Notes: generated from the sequence alone by a model not told the origin. A stretch of 64,000 bases of DNA from a virus (IMGVR_UViG_3300038560_000007:15615-79614), one strand, 5' to 3'; counted from the first letter of the stretch, positions 17,292 through 26,910 are shown. Numbers and translations are program-made.

Positions 17292-17834
17292 ATGTACCGC
17301 ATATCAAAGAAGTTCGAGTTCAGTGCAGATCACGCACTCAAAGGACTTCCTCCGGAGCACCAGTGCTCTAGGTTCCATGGACATAACTACGTAGTTGACG
17401 TAGTGCTCGAGTCGGCCGTTCTAAATGAGGCCGACTTCGTTCGAGACTACGGTGAACTCAGTCCAATCAAGGATTGGATCAACAAGACGCTCGATCATCG
17501 CTGGCTTGGCTGGGGAATGATCGCTCGCCTAGAAGGTACGGAGCCATGTACGGAGCCATGTACGGAGTGCGAGAACGGCCCCTGGCACGTTAGCCAGATT
17601 ACTAAGCCTGTTCTTGATTTCAACCCGACGGCCGAGAACATGGCGAAGTTCATCTACACCTTCGCCTGTACGATTGCACCCGAAGTCTCCATGGTCGGAG
17701 TGAGTGAGACACCGAAGACGTGGGCCTGGTACACCCCAAACAACCTCACGCTCGACGTCTTAGAGCACGCGGTAGCTACGTTGCCTCAACCTCTCAGGAC
17801 CAGCTTCCGCGCCGCGCTTAGGGACAATACATGA
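17292..17834 (+). CDS. queD: 6-carboxy-5,6,7,8-tetrahydropterin synthase
   Basis: FEFSADH, CSRFHGHNY, DYGEL, LDHR, NPTAENMA, VSETPKTWA. Confidence 0.95.
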   Translation: MYRISKKFEFSADHALKGLPPEHQCSRFHGHNYVVDVVLESAVLNEADFVRDYGELSPIKDWINKTLDHRWLGWGMIARLEGTEPCTEPCTECENGPWHVSQITKPVLDFNPTAENMAKFIYTFACTIAPEVSMVGVSETPKTWAWYTPNNLTLDVLEHAVATLPQPLRTSFRAALRDNT

Positions 17835-18427
17835 CATCACCCTCCTGGTCTACATCGATGCCGCTTCTAGCAGATGCTTCTCCTGAAGAACTCATCCACG
17901 AGTTCCTGATGAAGACCTGCCCTGACATCTACAATCCTGACTCGGAGCATTTCAGGGACACTCCGAGACGCTTCACCAAGATGATTACGGAGCTCACTTC
18001 CTCGGAGGACTTCAAGTTCACTACCTTCGAGGCTTCGGCCAGTGAGATGGTAATCGTTCGCGCGATCAACTTCGTCAGTATGTGTGCACATCACATCGCG
18101 CCGTTCGTCGGGACCTGCCATGTCGGTTATATCCCTGCAGAGAAGGTCGCTGGCATTTCGAAGTTCTCCAGGCATGTCAGACAGTACGCACACACTCTGA
18201 CTAACCAGGAGGCGCTGACGACGAACATCGCAGACTCGCTCGATGATATCCTGGAGCCTCGCGGTGTCGCCGTCATCATGCAGGCAAGCCACTCGTGTAT
18301 GAGTACACGCGGGGCGCTGGCTCATGGATCCGATACGGTGACTAGCGCTATGCGAGGCGTGTTCATCGATCACACCAAGACGGCCAAGTCCGAGTTCATG
18401 GCTATCGTAGGTCCGAAGCTCCAATGA
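17831..18427 (+). CDS. folE: GTP cyclohydrolase I
   Basis: DTPRR, SMCAHHIAPF, GISKF, QEALT, HSCMSTRG, TSAMRG. Confidence 0.95.
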   Translation: MTSPSWSTSMPLLADASPEELIHEFLMKTCPDIYNPDSEHFRDTPRRFTKMITELTSSEDFKFTTFEASASEMVIVRAINFVSMCAHHIAPFVGTCHVGYIPAEKVAGISKFSRHVRQYAHTLTNQEALTTNIADSLDDILEPRGVAVIMQASHSCMSTRGALAHGSDTVTSAMRGVFIDHTKTAKSEFMAIVGPKLQ

Positions 18428-19029
18428 TCCCGACGGCAGGTTGGTGCATTAGACCACTGAGGAGGAGGAAGCGAGTGTCTGGGAACGAAAAGCCTGTCCC
18501 ATCAGGCTCTGCAGGCGCTATGGGCAGCGCGGGCGGCGGAGGCGGAGGCGGAGGCGGAGAGTACATCAGCGAGTTCGAGCGCGAGGACGGAGGCGGAGGC
18601 GTGTCGCCGGCGACGTTCATCGTCAGCGCGATGGAGGAAAAGGCAGAGAGAATGGCTGCTGCCTACGGTGGGGTAAGCATGGCGGAAGCGAACGCCGCCT
18701 TCACGGCAGCAGCACAGAAGCTTGAAGGCCATCGCCACTCACGGTGGATCATGTGTACGCCAAGCTGTCCAGGCTTCGAGAAGCTTCAGGAGGAGCTGAA
18801 GGCCTCCGTGCAGGGCGATGCGGTTAATCACCCTCCACACTACAACCAGCACCCGAGCGGCATCGAATGCATGACCGTCGTGGAGTGGTTCAACTTCTGT
18901 CGAGGCAACGCCATCAAGTACATCTGGCGAGCCGGCTCCAAGGGCGATGAGATCGAAGACCTAAAGAAGGCTCGATACTACCTCGACACAGAGATCGCAC
19001 GACTGGAGAAGAAGCGAGATGCCAAGTAG
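18424..19029 (+). CDS. DUF3310 protein (T7 gp1.7-like nucleotide kinase domain) with a low-complexity N-terminus; start uncertain
   Basis: DAVNHPPHY...GNAIKYIWRAGSK...EDLKKARYYL. Confidence 0.85.
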   Translation: MIPTAGWCIRPLRRRKRVSGNEKPVPSGSAGAMGSAGGGGGGGGGEYISEFEREDGGGGVSPATFIVSAMEEKAERMAAAYGGVSMAEANAAFTAAAQKLEGHRHSRWIMCTPSCPGFEKLQEELKASVQGDAVNHPPHYNQHPSGIECMTVVEWFNFCRGNAIKYIWRAGSKGDEIEDLKKARYYLDTEIARLEKKRDAK

Positions 19030-19360
19030 ACCTCCTGTAGCTACGCCGAAGAATGCACGATACTGGATTCACTGTATGCGTCTAGCTAAGTCCGAACAGC
19101 GCCTCGAGCGCATAGCACAGGCGCGCGAGCTCGACGGACAGGGACTACCAAGACGACTAATAGCCGAGAAGCTCGGCGTGTCTGAAGACACAATCCTCCG
19201 ATACCTCTGGCCTGGCTCAGAGAAGGGTTGTGATCACGGCAAGCGAACTTACCCAAGAGCAAAAGGGCAGTCGCGATACACAGGCCGTGAAGAGCCAACC
19301 GAGAGAGATGTAGCAACCGGCAGAGTTGACCCTGAATCACTGCTCTTGAAAGGGGCATGA
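19019..19360 (+). CDS. Helix-turn-helix protein
   Basis: GLPRRLIAEKLGVSEDTILRYL. Confidence 0.75.
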   Translation: MPSRPPVATPKNARYWIHCMRLAKSEQRLERIAQARELDGQGLPRRLIAEKLGVSEDTILRYLWPGSEKGCDHGKRTYPRAKGQSRYTGREEPTERDVATGRVDPESLLLKGA

Positions 19361-20154
19361 TGGAAATCGCCCTGATACCGCCCGTCAGCATGCTTGAGAA
19401 GACACTCGGGCGAAAGTTTCAGATGTTGATTCCACAGCCTCTAACGGATCCAACGGACTGGAACTTCTATCACACGATCGGCCATCGCGACGGATACTAC
19501 GTCATGATGGACAACGGGATGTTCGAGAAAACAGAAGTCGAACCGAAGGTCCTCGTATCGATGGCTCATCGATTCAACGTCCAGGAGATTGTCCTTCCTG
19601 ATGTCTGGTCAGAGCCATCCGCAACGACCGACGTCATTGCGGAATTCTTCCTCAAGGCAGGAGAGCCTCCGGAAGACTTCCACCCAGTGCTAGCCGCGGT
19701 AGCGCATGGGGGAACACTTCGCGATGCGCAGGCCTTCGTAGACTATATATCCAGGCTGCCTGCCATCGACGCGATTCACATTAGCCGCTCAGGAACGTAC
19801 GCGACGAAGAATTACAACTTCCGTATTGATCTCGCCGACTGGATCGATGAGGAGTACCCAGGACGCTTCGACATCCACTTCCTCGGCTTCGACGATACCT
19901 GGCATGGAGAGGTCTCCGTCGCAGCCGATATCGGCTGCGTCCGCAGCCTAGATACGGTAGCTCCGTTCACGGCAGCTTGGGCGAACATGAAGTTGTCACC
20001 CGCTGGACCACTACGAATACTACGCCCGGATGACTACTTCTTCCGTCGAGCAGAAGAGTTCCCAGACGCCCTCGTAGACCGCAACATCGCTTACCTCGAC
20101 TTCCTAGCGAAGGGAGAGATGCCAAGTGAGATCAGCCGAAACCTGGGGCAATGA
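19357..20154 (+). CDS. TGT-fold guanine transglycosylase, DpdA-like (subfamily unassigned)
   Basis: MMDNGMFE (cf. DSG), VLPDV, VAHG, IHFLG, RSLDT motifs in TGT order; sits in the queD-folE operon. Confidence 0.75.
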   Translation: MMEIALIPPVSMLEKTLGRKFQMLIPQPLTDPTDWNFYHTIGHRDGYYVMMDNGMFEKTEVEPKVLVSMAHRFNVQEIVLPDVWSEPSATTDVIAEFFLKAGEPPEDFHPVLAAVAHGGTLRDAQAFVDYISRLPAIDAIHISRSGTYATKNYNFRIDLADWIDEEYPGRFDIHFLGFDDTWHGEVSVAADIGCVRSLDTVAPFTAAWANMKLSPAGPLRILRPDDYFFRRAEEFPDALVDRNIAYLDFLAKGEMPSEISRNLGQ

Positions 20155-20395
20155 TTACTGGCCTTGGGCGCTCCTCGCAGTCGTCCTGATCATCATGATC
20201 CCTGAGACGATTGCACTCGCGACTAACGCCGCGAACACCCTATCCGACTGGGTCTGGCGAGTCCTTCACGTCAACCCAGGCGGAGGCGCCATCAGTGGAT
20301 GGACGTTCCTCCACTACGCGTTCTTCGTCCTCTGGGTCGGCCTATTCGTCTGGCTGACCTATCACTTCTTCTTCCGGGACATCACAGTTGTCTAG
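20126..20395 (+). CDS. Two-TM membrane protein
   Basis: YWPW-TM-E..AL...TLSDWVW-TM-HFFF. Confidence 0.65.
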   Translation: MRSAETWGNDYWPWALLAVVLIIMIPETIALATNAANTLSDWVWRVLHVNPGGGAISGWTFLHYAFFVLWVGLFVWLTYHFFFRDITVV

Positions 20396-20785
20396 ACTCA
20401 GAGCCTGGCTCCTCCGAAGGCTTACGCAGCCTGAGATAGGCGAGATCCGTAGGTTCCATGACATCGACTTCGAGTTGGTCGGTTACCAACTCGACTACAG
20501 CCTTTACTCTACGACTTCGCTTACGCTCCAGTACTGCCCAAGGATGTGGATCGAGGACATGGTGATCGGACATGAGGACGAGGTGTTTCATGACGGAACA
20601 GGATAGTAAACAACCGATAGATAGCCTGAAGCACTGCACTGGATTCTGGGGCTGGGACAGTTGGTTCCCGCTTATCTGGATCTACCACGCTCTCTTCGAC
20701 GGCACATGGCTCTGTAAATGCGAACACTCCAAGTGGTACAAGGAGAAGACGTTTTGAGTAGAGTCAAGACTATGGGAGCGATGAT

Positions 20786-23464
20786 TTGACTACTGAGGCC
20801 CTAGAAGTACATCTAGATCCCAAACGCCTCGCTGCTACCGCTCTAGGCGCAAACTGCGCTGGCTGTCCAATGAACGACAACCGAGAGTACGGCTGCGTTA
20901 GCTCAACAGGTCCGCAGAAGGCAGACATTGGCGTCGTAGGGCAGAACCCTGGCCAGCAGGAGATCAGGACTGGCAAGCCTTTCATGGGACCTTCGGGTCG
21001 ACTACTCGACCAAGTACTGAAGCACTACAATCTAGATCGTTCAAAGATGTTCATAACGAACGCCTGCCTTTGCGTACATCGGAACGAGAACATCACACCG
21101 CCAGCTGCTGCAGTCGCCGCATGCCGACCTAGACTCATTAACGAATTGCGAGGCCGAGATGTCAAGCAAGTCATCAACCTCGGAAAGGTCCCAGCTCAAG
21201 GACTCTTCGGAGTCAGAGATTCGATCACCTCACTTCGGGTGGGCTCATTCCGAGAGGTGTACGACCTGCCAGGCGTACAAGTCTATTCTACGTTCCACCC
21301 TGCAGCTTGTCTTCGTAGTTCCGGATTCTTCCCTAGCCTTGTTGCTGATTTTGGTAAGCTTGTCAATCCACCTCCACCTTGGCGGGAACCTCAGTTCGTG
21401 GTATGGGAAGATCCTCATACCGCTATACGAGGCATCCGAGAGATGGAGCGCAGACATATTGATGTCATCACTCTCGACCTCGAGTGGGCAACACCTTTCG
21501 ACAAGGACGTCTCTTTCGATCACCCTTACCGATACAAGCTCCTCTGTATCGGCATGGCATACGCAACAGATAAGGCAGTCATCATTGGCAAGACAGCAAG
21601 CCAGTCGATCGCGGTACTAGAGGTACTCCGGCAGTACCTGTCGACCTGCAAAAAGATCGTCTGCCAAAACGGGAAGTCGGACAAGCAGGGCGCGTACGCC
21701 AAGGGCTTCAACTTTGACTTCACCGATGACACCATGCTGTCGAACTACGTTATGGACGAAAGGCCAAGCATCCATGGACTCAAGGTTCAGCTGGAGGAGA
21801 AACTCGGATACCCTCGTTACGGGGATGAGATCAAGCAGTACCTCGGAAAAGGAAAGGCCAGGTCCTTTGCTAACATCCCCCTGGATATCCTGTATCGTTA
21901 CAACGCGTTCGACACGTGTGGAACTTTCGCTCTCGAGGAGCACAACGGAAAGCTACTGGCTAGCGACGACTGGGCCGAACCGATACGGCCTCGAGCTGAC
22001 GGTGAACGCTGGGGCCTTGTTCGTCTTCACAGCTTCCATGTCGAGACGGCCAACAACCTCGCATACGTTGAGCTCAACGGTTTTCCCGTTGACCTAGAAT
22101 GCAACGCCAAGCTGACTGAGAAGTACGACACGATCCTCGCCGGGCTCGAGCAGAACATGTTCGACGCGCTAGCAGGCGTTCGGGAGGATCCGAAGTTCAA
22201 TCCTAGATCCCCTCAACAGTTGAAGAAGATCTTTGCCGAGCTAGGTGTTCCGCTCCCTAAGGTTCGTCGACCTAACGGAACGATGTCGGAGACGACAGAC
22301 GCAGCGACGCTGAACGACCTGTATGACAAGTACAGATCGATGAAGCAGGTCACACTACAGGCACACATCCTCGACTCGGAAGATAACGCTCTCGGTCCCG
22401 AGGTGGCTGAAGTCGAAACGCGATCAGTCGAAGTACGATTTCTCGAAGCGCTACTGGCTTATCGCAAGGCGGCTAAGACGAACGGCACGTACGTTCGAGG
22501 ACTGAAAAAGCATGTCTGGAAAGGTCGCGTCTTCCCGACCGTAATGATCCACTCCACCGTCTCTGGGCGTACGAGCCAGAAGAAGCCATCGCTTCAGGTC
22601 ATCCCTCACGCCGACGAGATCAAGCGACAGTTCGTCGTGTCCGATTATCACCAGTGGAAGTATGGCTGGAAGCCTCATGAGGACTATCACCTGCTAGCCG
22701 AGTTCGACTTCAAGCAGATCGAACTGCGAGTCCTCACGTGGCTCGCGGAAGAGGATTACTTCCGAGACATCTTCGAAGATCCTAGTCGGGACTTGTTTAC
22801 GGAGCTAGCGGACGTCGTCCACCCTGAGCGTTCATCTAGGACGACAATGCATAAGAAGGACAGGCGTAACATCGTGAAGGCGTTTGTCTACGGACTCGCT
22901 TACGGTCGCGAGGCTGGATCGATCGCCGACGAGTTCAATATTCCTCTCCGGGAAGCCCAACGCATGCAGCGAGAGTTCTTCCAGGTCATTCCGAAGGTTG
23001 CAGCCTTCCGAGAGCAGGTCAAGTGGGCAGCTACGTCTCAGGACGACTTGGTAACTCCGTTCGGCAGGCGCAGACGATTCATGCTTGTTACCAGTGAGAA
23101 CAAGAAGGACATTCAGAATGAAGCACTGTCATTCTATCCGCAGTCGATCGCGAGTGACATTTGCATCCAGGCCTTTGATTGGTTGCGGCCTAAGCTCAAA
23201 GGCGTTGCGTGGTGTCGCAATCTTGTTCACGACGCCTTGTTCTGGGAATTTCGCGAAGCCGATCTCGAGTACGTTGCCAACACAGTCATCACCACTATGC
23301 GTGAATCAGCCCGACGGGTCATGGGAGACTACGTACGAATCGATGTAGATGCCGAAGTGGGGCGAACCTGGGGAGACCTAATTAGCCTGGAGGAGTGGAG
23401 AGAAGGAAAGCGACCTTACCCGACATCGATAGTAAAGTGGGAACCAAGTGAACGAGCCAGCTAG
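20786..23464 (+). CDS. polA: Family A DNA polymerase with an N-terminal family-4 UDG-like domain and a 3'-5' exonuclease
   Basis: UDG: CAGC, VGQNPG, PFMGPSG, TNACLC, FHPAA; Exo: LDLE, QNGKSD, YNAFD; Pol: DFKQIELR, RNIVKAFVYGLAYG, LVHD. Confidence 0.95.
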   Translation: MTTEALEVHLDPKRLAATALGANCAGCPMNDNREYGCVSSTGPQKADIGVVGQNPGQQEIRTGKPFMGPSGRLLDQVLKHYNLDRSKMFITNACLCVHRNENITPPAAAVAACRPRLINELRGRDVKQVINLGKVPAQGLFGVRDSITSLRVGSFREVYDLPGVQVYSTFHPAACLRSSGFFPSLVADFGKLVNPPPPWREPQFVVWEDPHTAIRGIREMERRHIDVITLDLEWATPFDKDVSFDHPYRYKLLCIGMAYATDKAVIIGKTASQSIAVLEVLRQYLSTCKKIVCQNGKSDKQGAYAKGFNFDFTDDTMLSNYVMDERPSIHGLKVQLEEKLGYPRYGDEIKQYLGKGKARSFANIPLDILYRYNAFDTCGTFALEEHNGKLLASDDWAEPIRPRADGERWGLVRLHSFHVETANNLAYVELNGFPVDLECNAKLTEKYDTILAGLEQNMFDALAGVREDPKFNPRSPQQLKKIFAELGVPLPKVRRPNGTMSETTDAATLNDLYDKYRSMKQVTLQAHILDSEDNALGPEVAEVETRSVEVRFLEALLAYRKAAKTNGTYVRGLKKHVWKGRVFPTVMIHSTVSGRTSQKKPSLQVIPHADEIKRQFVVSDYHQWKYGWKPHEDYHLLAEFDFKQIELRVLTWLAEEDYFRDIFEDPSRDLFTELADVVHPERSSRTTMHKKDRRNIVKAFVYGLAYGREAGSIADEFNIPLREAQRMQREFFQVIPKVAAFREQVKWAATSQDDLVTPFGRRRRFMLVTSENKKDIQNEALSFYPQSIASDICIQAFDWLRPKLKGVAWCRNLVHDALFWEFREADLEYVANTVITTMRESARRVMGDYVRIDVDAEVGRTWGDLISLEEWREGKRPYPTSIVKWEPSERAS

Positions 23465-23828
23465 GCGTACGGATCTTGCCCAAGGCTTCCTCGGCTCTGG
23501 CGAGGGAGGCTTCATGCGACCCGACTGGGTCATGTGCGGTGCTCCTCAGCCAGGAGGCGTAGGGGTCCGCCTCATAGCCAGCAAGAGCCTGTCCTTCGCC
23601 GAGCTTCGATACGAAGCGAGGTATCAAGACATCATTCTTGAGGACCCTCTTCCACATGATATAGGTCGTCGAATACTTACTTGGCAAGATCTCTCGCTAA
23701 CCGTTCACATGATGCCGATGAGAAACGGAGACGTCATCATCCTTGATGGACCTGACTATCCGACGGTAATAGAGGCACTGTTCAAGGAGTGGTCGCCCAC
23801 GCCGTCGAAGGCTATTGAAGGATCTTGA
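23448..23828 (+). CDS. Hypothetical protein
   Basis: Overlaps the polA end and tiles the operon. Confidence 0.55.
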   Translation: MNEPARRTDLAQGFLGSGEGGFMRPDWVMCGAPQPGGVGVRLIASKSLSFAELRYEARYQDIILEDPLPHDIGRRILTWQDLSLTVHMMPMRNGDVIILDGPDYPTVIEALFKEWSPTPSKAIEGS

Positions 23829-23959
23829 AACTCTAGCTCTAGCTGAGCATTGGAATTTGCTATGAAGATAGCGCTCAGCAGCGCTCTAACAAGGGAAAAC
23901 CATAGCTCGCGCGTGGATATGTAGAGCAAGATCCTTCCTTGTTTAAACTCAAGATCCTT
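23818..23959 (+). other. AT-richer structured intergenic element with alternative pairings
   Basis: AAGGATCTTG can pair with either of two CAAGATCCTT direct repeats (23927, 23950); internal GCTGAGC/GCTCAGC and AACAAGGGAA/TTCCTTGTT. Confidence 0.55.
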
Positions 23960-23991
23960 AGACATAATGCCGAGCAGAAAGAAAGAAAGAA

Positions 23992-24207
23992 ATGCCAATA
24001 GATCCAAAGGACGTCGACCTTCTTCCGTTTATTGAAAACCTTGAACCTAGTCAGTTCCCGAACAAGCTACAGGGCTGGCTGGAGGAGAACTATCCAGACA
24101 TCCAGGTCCTGCGTGTGATCGTCGATCCTGCCACGATGGGCAAAACGTATATCCACATCGAGGTCGGAGTGTGCCCTGAAGCCATAGAGAGGGCGATGCA
24201 AGAGTGA
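23992..24207 (+). CDS. Hypothetical protein
   Basis: GTGA overlap with the next gene. Confidence 0.5.
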   Translation: MPIDPKDVDLLPFIENLEPSQFPNKLQGWLEENYPDIQVLRVIVDPATMGKTYIHIEVGVCPEAIERAMQE

Positions 24208-24647
24208 AGCTACTGGCTATCGTTCCAGGGCCTGTTACAGGCTGGGCCACCTTCAACGACGATCACTTCGGAGCTTCAGGAGAGTACGGACCGAGAGAGC
24301 ACCACGGCGACACCTTCACGGCGATCACTATCTACGACCCTGATGTCGTCATATGTGAAAGCTATGGAGTCGAGAACTCCTGGGTCAAGCTCGAGTACAT
24401 CGGAGTAGTCAAGGCGGCAGCGATGCTGGCTGCCAAGAGACTTGTCCTTCAAGGGCTCGTAACCCAAGAGTGGGCTACCGACATCAAGCTGAAGCGTACA
24501 GGAGTGACGCACACCAACTGGTATCTAGTTCGCCAACAGGTCGCCGCCCAACGCCACATCCTGTACTACCTTGCGCACAATACATTCGTAGAAGATTCAA
24601 TCCGTCGAGCTGTCCTACGAAGCATTAAGCCGAAGCCCGGCTCGTAA
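24204..24647 (+). CDS. RuvC-like protein, apparently lacking catalytic aspartates
   Basis: LAIVPGPVTGWA (cf. AIDPG), DVVICESY, YIGVVK, QQVAAQRH (cf. HxxDAxRH). Confidence 0.65.
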   Translation: MKLLAIVPGPVTGWATFNDDHFGASGEYGPREHHGDTFTAITIYDPDVVICESYGVENSWVKLEYIGVVKAAAMLAAKRLVLQGLVTQEWATDIKLKRTGVTHTNWYLVRQQVAAQRHILYYLAHNTFVEDSIRRAVLRSIKPKPGS

Positions 24648-24707
24648 CGGACCCTCAAACAATTCGCTACGATGCAGCGGGCGGACGTCGCTTTACCGGG
24701 CTTCGGC
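24629..24707. terminator. Inverted repeat at the convergence of the early (+) and late (-) units
   Basis: GCCGAAGCCCGG ... CCGGGCTTCGGC 12-bp arms. Confidence 0.5.
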
Positions 24708-24710
24708 GCC

Positions 24711-25370
24711 CTACTGGTGGGCTTTGAGCAGCGCCACCAAATCCGTGAAGTCCGAATTGATCTGGTTGGCCTTCGCCAACGCCCGAGCCTGCCATGAAGC
24801 AGCAGGCGCGGCCGGAGGATACCAGCCAGGAAGGGTTACGCTGAGATCTACGTTCGCCTGCGCAAGAGTCAGGCTAGTTCCAGGCACGAGGGTAGTCGGA
24901 TTCTCAGTAGGACTTGCCCACTGAACCGCGACGACTTCGTTCCCGAGAGTGGCAACGGCCTGACTCTGATCCAGATCCCAGTTGGCAACCCAATAGCCAA
25001 CCTTGTGCATCTTGACGCCGGCGTCCTTGAGCTTCGCCTGGAGCGCAGCCAGGTTGCCCGCGGCGACGTAGATCGTTGAGTACTCACCACGCTTCTGCCT
25101 CTCGGGCACGCTCGTGACTGCGTCGGCATCAGTAGCCGCTCCAGTCTCGATGTCGAGTACCTGAGCTGTGCCAGCTGCGAAGGCGGCACCTCCTGCCGAC
25201 TGGTCGATCCTAATCCGCACCTTGTCTGGATACTTGTCGAAGTCGGTAGCTGTCCACGGAACGATTCCGCTACCGGTGACGTAGCCTGCGACCTTACCTA
25301 CTGTAAGGCTGGCTGGGACGCTAGCTACCGCTGCGCCTGTGAAGTCAGCCATCGTGTCGAATGACGCCAT
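24711..25370 (-). CDS. Endolysin, GH25/DUF1906-like muramidase (the ORF is open further upstream, to 25499)
   Basis: VAGYVTG, VLDIETG, TIYV, YWVANW, AVQW, VDLS motifs; last gene of the late operon. Confidence 0.7.
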   Translation of the reverse strand: MASFDTMADFTGAAVASVPASLTVGKVAGYVTGSGIVPWTATDFDKYPDKVRIRIDQSAGGAAFAAGTAQVLDIETGAATDADAVTSVPERQKRGEYSTIYVAAGNLAALQAKLKDAGVKMHKVGYWVANWDLDQSQAVATLGNEVVAVQWASPTENPTTLVPGTSLTLAQANVDLSVTLPGWYPPAAPAASWQARALAKANQINSDFTDLVALLKAHQ

Positions 25371-25482
25371 GTAGTCCGCCTTCTTCCTGAGACGCTCTAG
25401 CCACGCCTCGTCGCTCTCTTTCACTCGGTAACGTGAATCACCGAACGTTTCCACGAACTGGTGCCAGAGCCATCGGACGACC

Positions 25483-26010
25483 TTACTTGATCTTCGCATC
25501 GATGGCGTTCAGCTTCTCGATGATGGTCTTGATACCTCCATCGGTGTTCTCATCTAGCCAGTCCTTGACTTGTTCAAGATCCTGGAACTGCTTAGCCTGA
25601 CGTGCATCAGCGGCCACTGCAGCGATGTTGCCCTGCACCATGATCGCAGGCATCAGCACCAGCTCCAGCCAGGTCGACAAGACCAGCGTAGCGAGCAGCT
25701 CGAAGCCGAACGTGGTGATGAAGCCAAACTTGCCGATATAGCCACCTGCGTACAGACAGGACGGGGCTACGAGAGCCGCTAGCAAGGTGAACAGCCAGAA
25801 GGCATTCATCGAGCCAACTCGCTTGGTAATCCAGATCGCGCAGCGCTTGTTGAAGCTCGTCCACCAGCCGTCTTCCGGGAGTGGCTTCAGATGATCGATC
25901 GTACGCGCGTGGACTGCAAACGTGTGACCACCCACATGAGCATAACCAAAGTGCGGTCGATGTGGATGCCCTTTGGGAAGCTCCGGGACTACTGAGTCCT
26001 GTGCAGTCAT
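25483..26010 (-). CDS. Membrane protein (DUF1003-like) in the lysis cassette
   Basis: FNKRCAIWITKRVGSM, two TMs, LELVLMPAIMVQGN. Confidence 0.7.
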   Translation of the reverse strand: MTAQDSVVPELPKGHPHRPHFGYAHVGGHTFAVHARTIDHLKPLPEDGWWTSFNKRCAIWITKRVGSMNAFWLFTLLAALVAPSCLYAGGYIGKFGFITTFGFELLATLVLSTWLELVLMPAIMVQGNIAAVAADARQAKQFQDLEQVKDWLDENTDGGIKTIIEKLNAIDAKIK

Positions 26011-26036
26011 ACTGTCCGCCTTTCGTATTTTCTAAC

Positions 26037-26228
26037 TTATGGAACCTCGCGAACGGATATCAACGCTACTGGCCCATGACCATTAGACGCCTCCATCCAC
26101 AGCACGTTCTCTACCGAGAGCGCCTTGTTGGCCCCTTCGAGGAGAACCTGCTCACCCTTTCGTGGTGTCGCCGAGAGAATCACCTCTTTGCGCTGACCAT
26201 TCGGGAACAGGAGAATCACAAGCGTCAC
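26037..26228 (-). CDS. Hypothetical protein
   Basis: GGAGG RBS; PRKGEQV motif. Confidence 0.55.
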   Translation of the reverse strand: MTLVILLFPNGQRKEVILSATPRKGEQVLLEGANKALSVENVLWMEASNGHGPVALISVREVP

Positions 26229-26845
26229 CCGTCCTCCCTCGCGCTGAGGCGGTCATATACGTCCTTGGCAGCTAGAGAACTACCGCCAGCGCCGGCATCG
26301 CTGACAACCCGCTGAGCCGCCTCTGCACGGTCAGCGAGAGCCGCCTTCAGTTCATTAATCTTAGTCTGCGTGGCATCAATAGCGCCTAGCGACTCTTCGG
26401 ATGGAGGCCGACCAGCGGCCCCGTTGAGCGCCACTACCTCTCGCATCATGGCTAGTTCACGAACAGTGGCATCCAGCTCAGACTGCATCGCCGTAGTCAT
26501 ATTCGAGTTTACCAGTGCATGAATAACGTCAAGCTTACTGTTAGTCTTAGCATTAGCCACCACTAGCGTGTCGGCAACTACCTTCTGCGACGCTATCAGG
26601 TCAACAGCAGCTTCTGCAGCCTTAGAGGCCACCTGTGTCTGTGACGCAGTCAAGGACACGGCGGCTTCTGCGGCCTTATGAGCAACTTCCTTCGCCGCAG
26701 CTACTGCAATCTTATTGTCACTCCTGATCTTGCGAATCTGGAACGTCCCAGCTATGACGCCGAACGCGACCCCGAACACCGTAGCTACGCTAGCGATAGA
26801 AGTAATGATACTGGGGATGGATGCCGGTGCTGCCGCAATGAACAT
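26225..26845 (-). CDS. Membrane-anchored coiled-coil protein
   Basis: N-terminal TM; KLDVIHALVNSNMT; GGAGG RBS. Confidence 0.7.
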   Translation of the reverse strand: MFIAAAPASIPSIITSIASVATVFGVAFGVIAGTFQIRKIRSDNKIAVAAAKEVAHKAAEAAVSLTASQTQVASKAAEAAVDLIASQKVVADTLVVANAKTNSKLDVIHALVNSNMTTAMQSELDATVRELAMMREVVALNGAAGRPPSEESLGAIDATQTKINELKAALADRAEAAQRVVSDAGAGGSSLAAKDVYDRLSAREDG

Positions 26846-26910
26846 ATAGTTACCTCCCTTCCCTCCTTAGTACAAGTCGCGCTATCAATGATCAAGTTCG
26901 CCTCCTAGCA

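Noticed and set aside
18532-18600. GGCGGA repeats (poly-Gly) upstream of the DUF3310 domain
   Set aside because: Low-complexity in-frame linker with no evidence of phase variation
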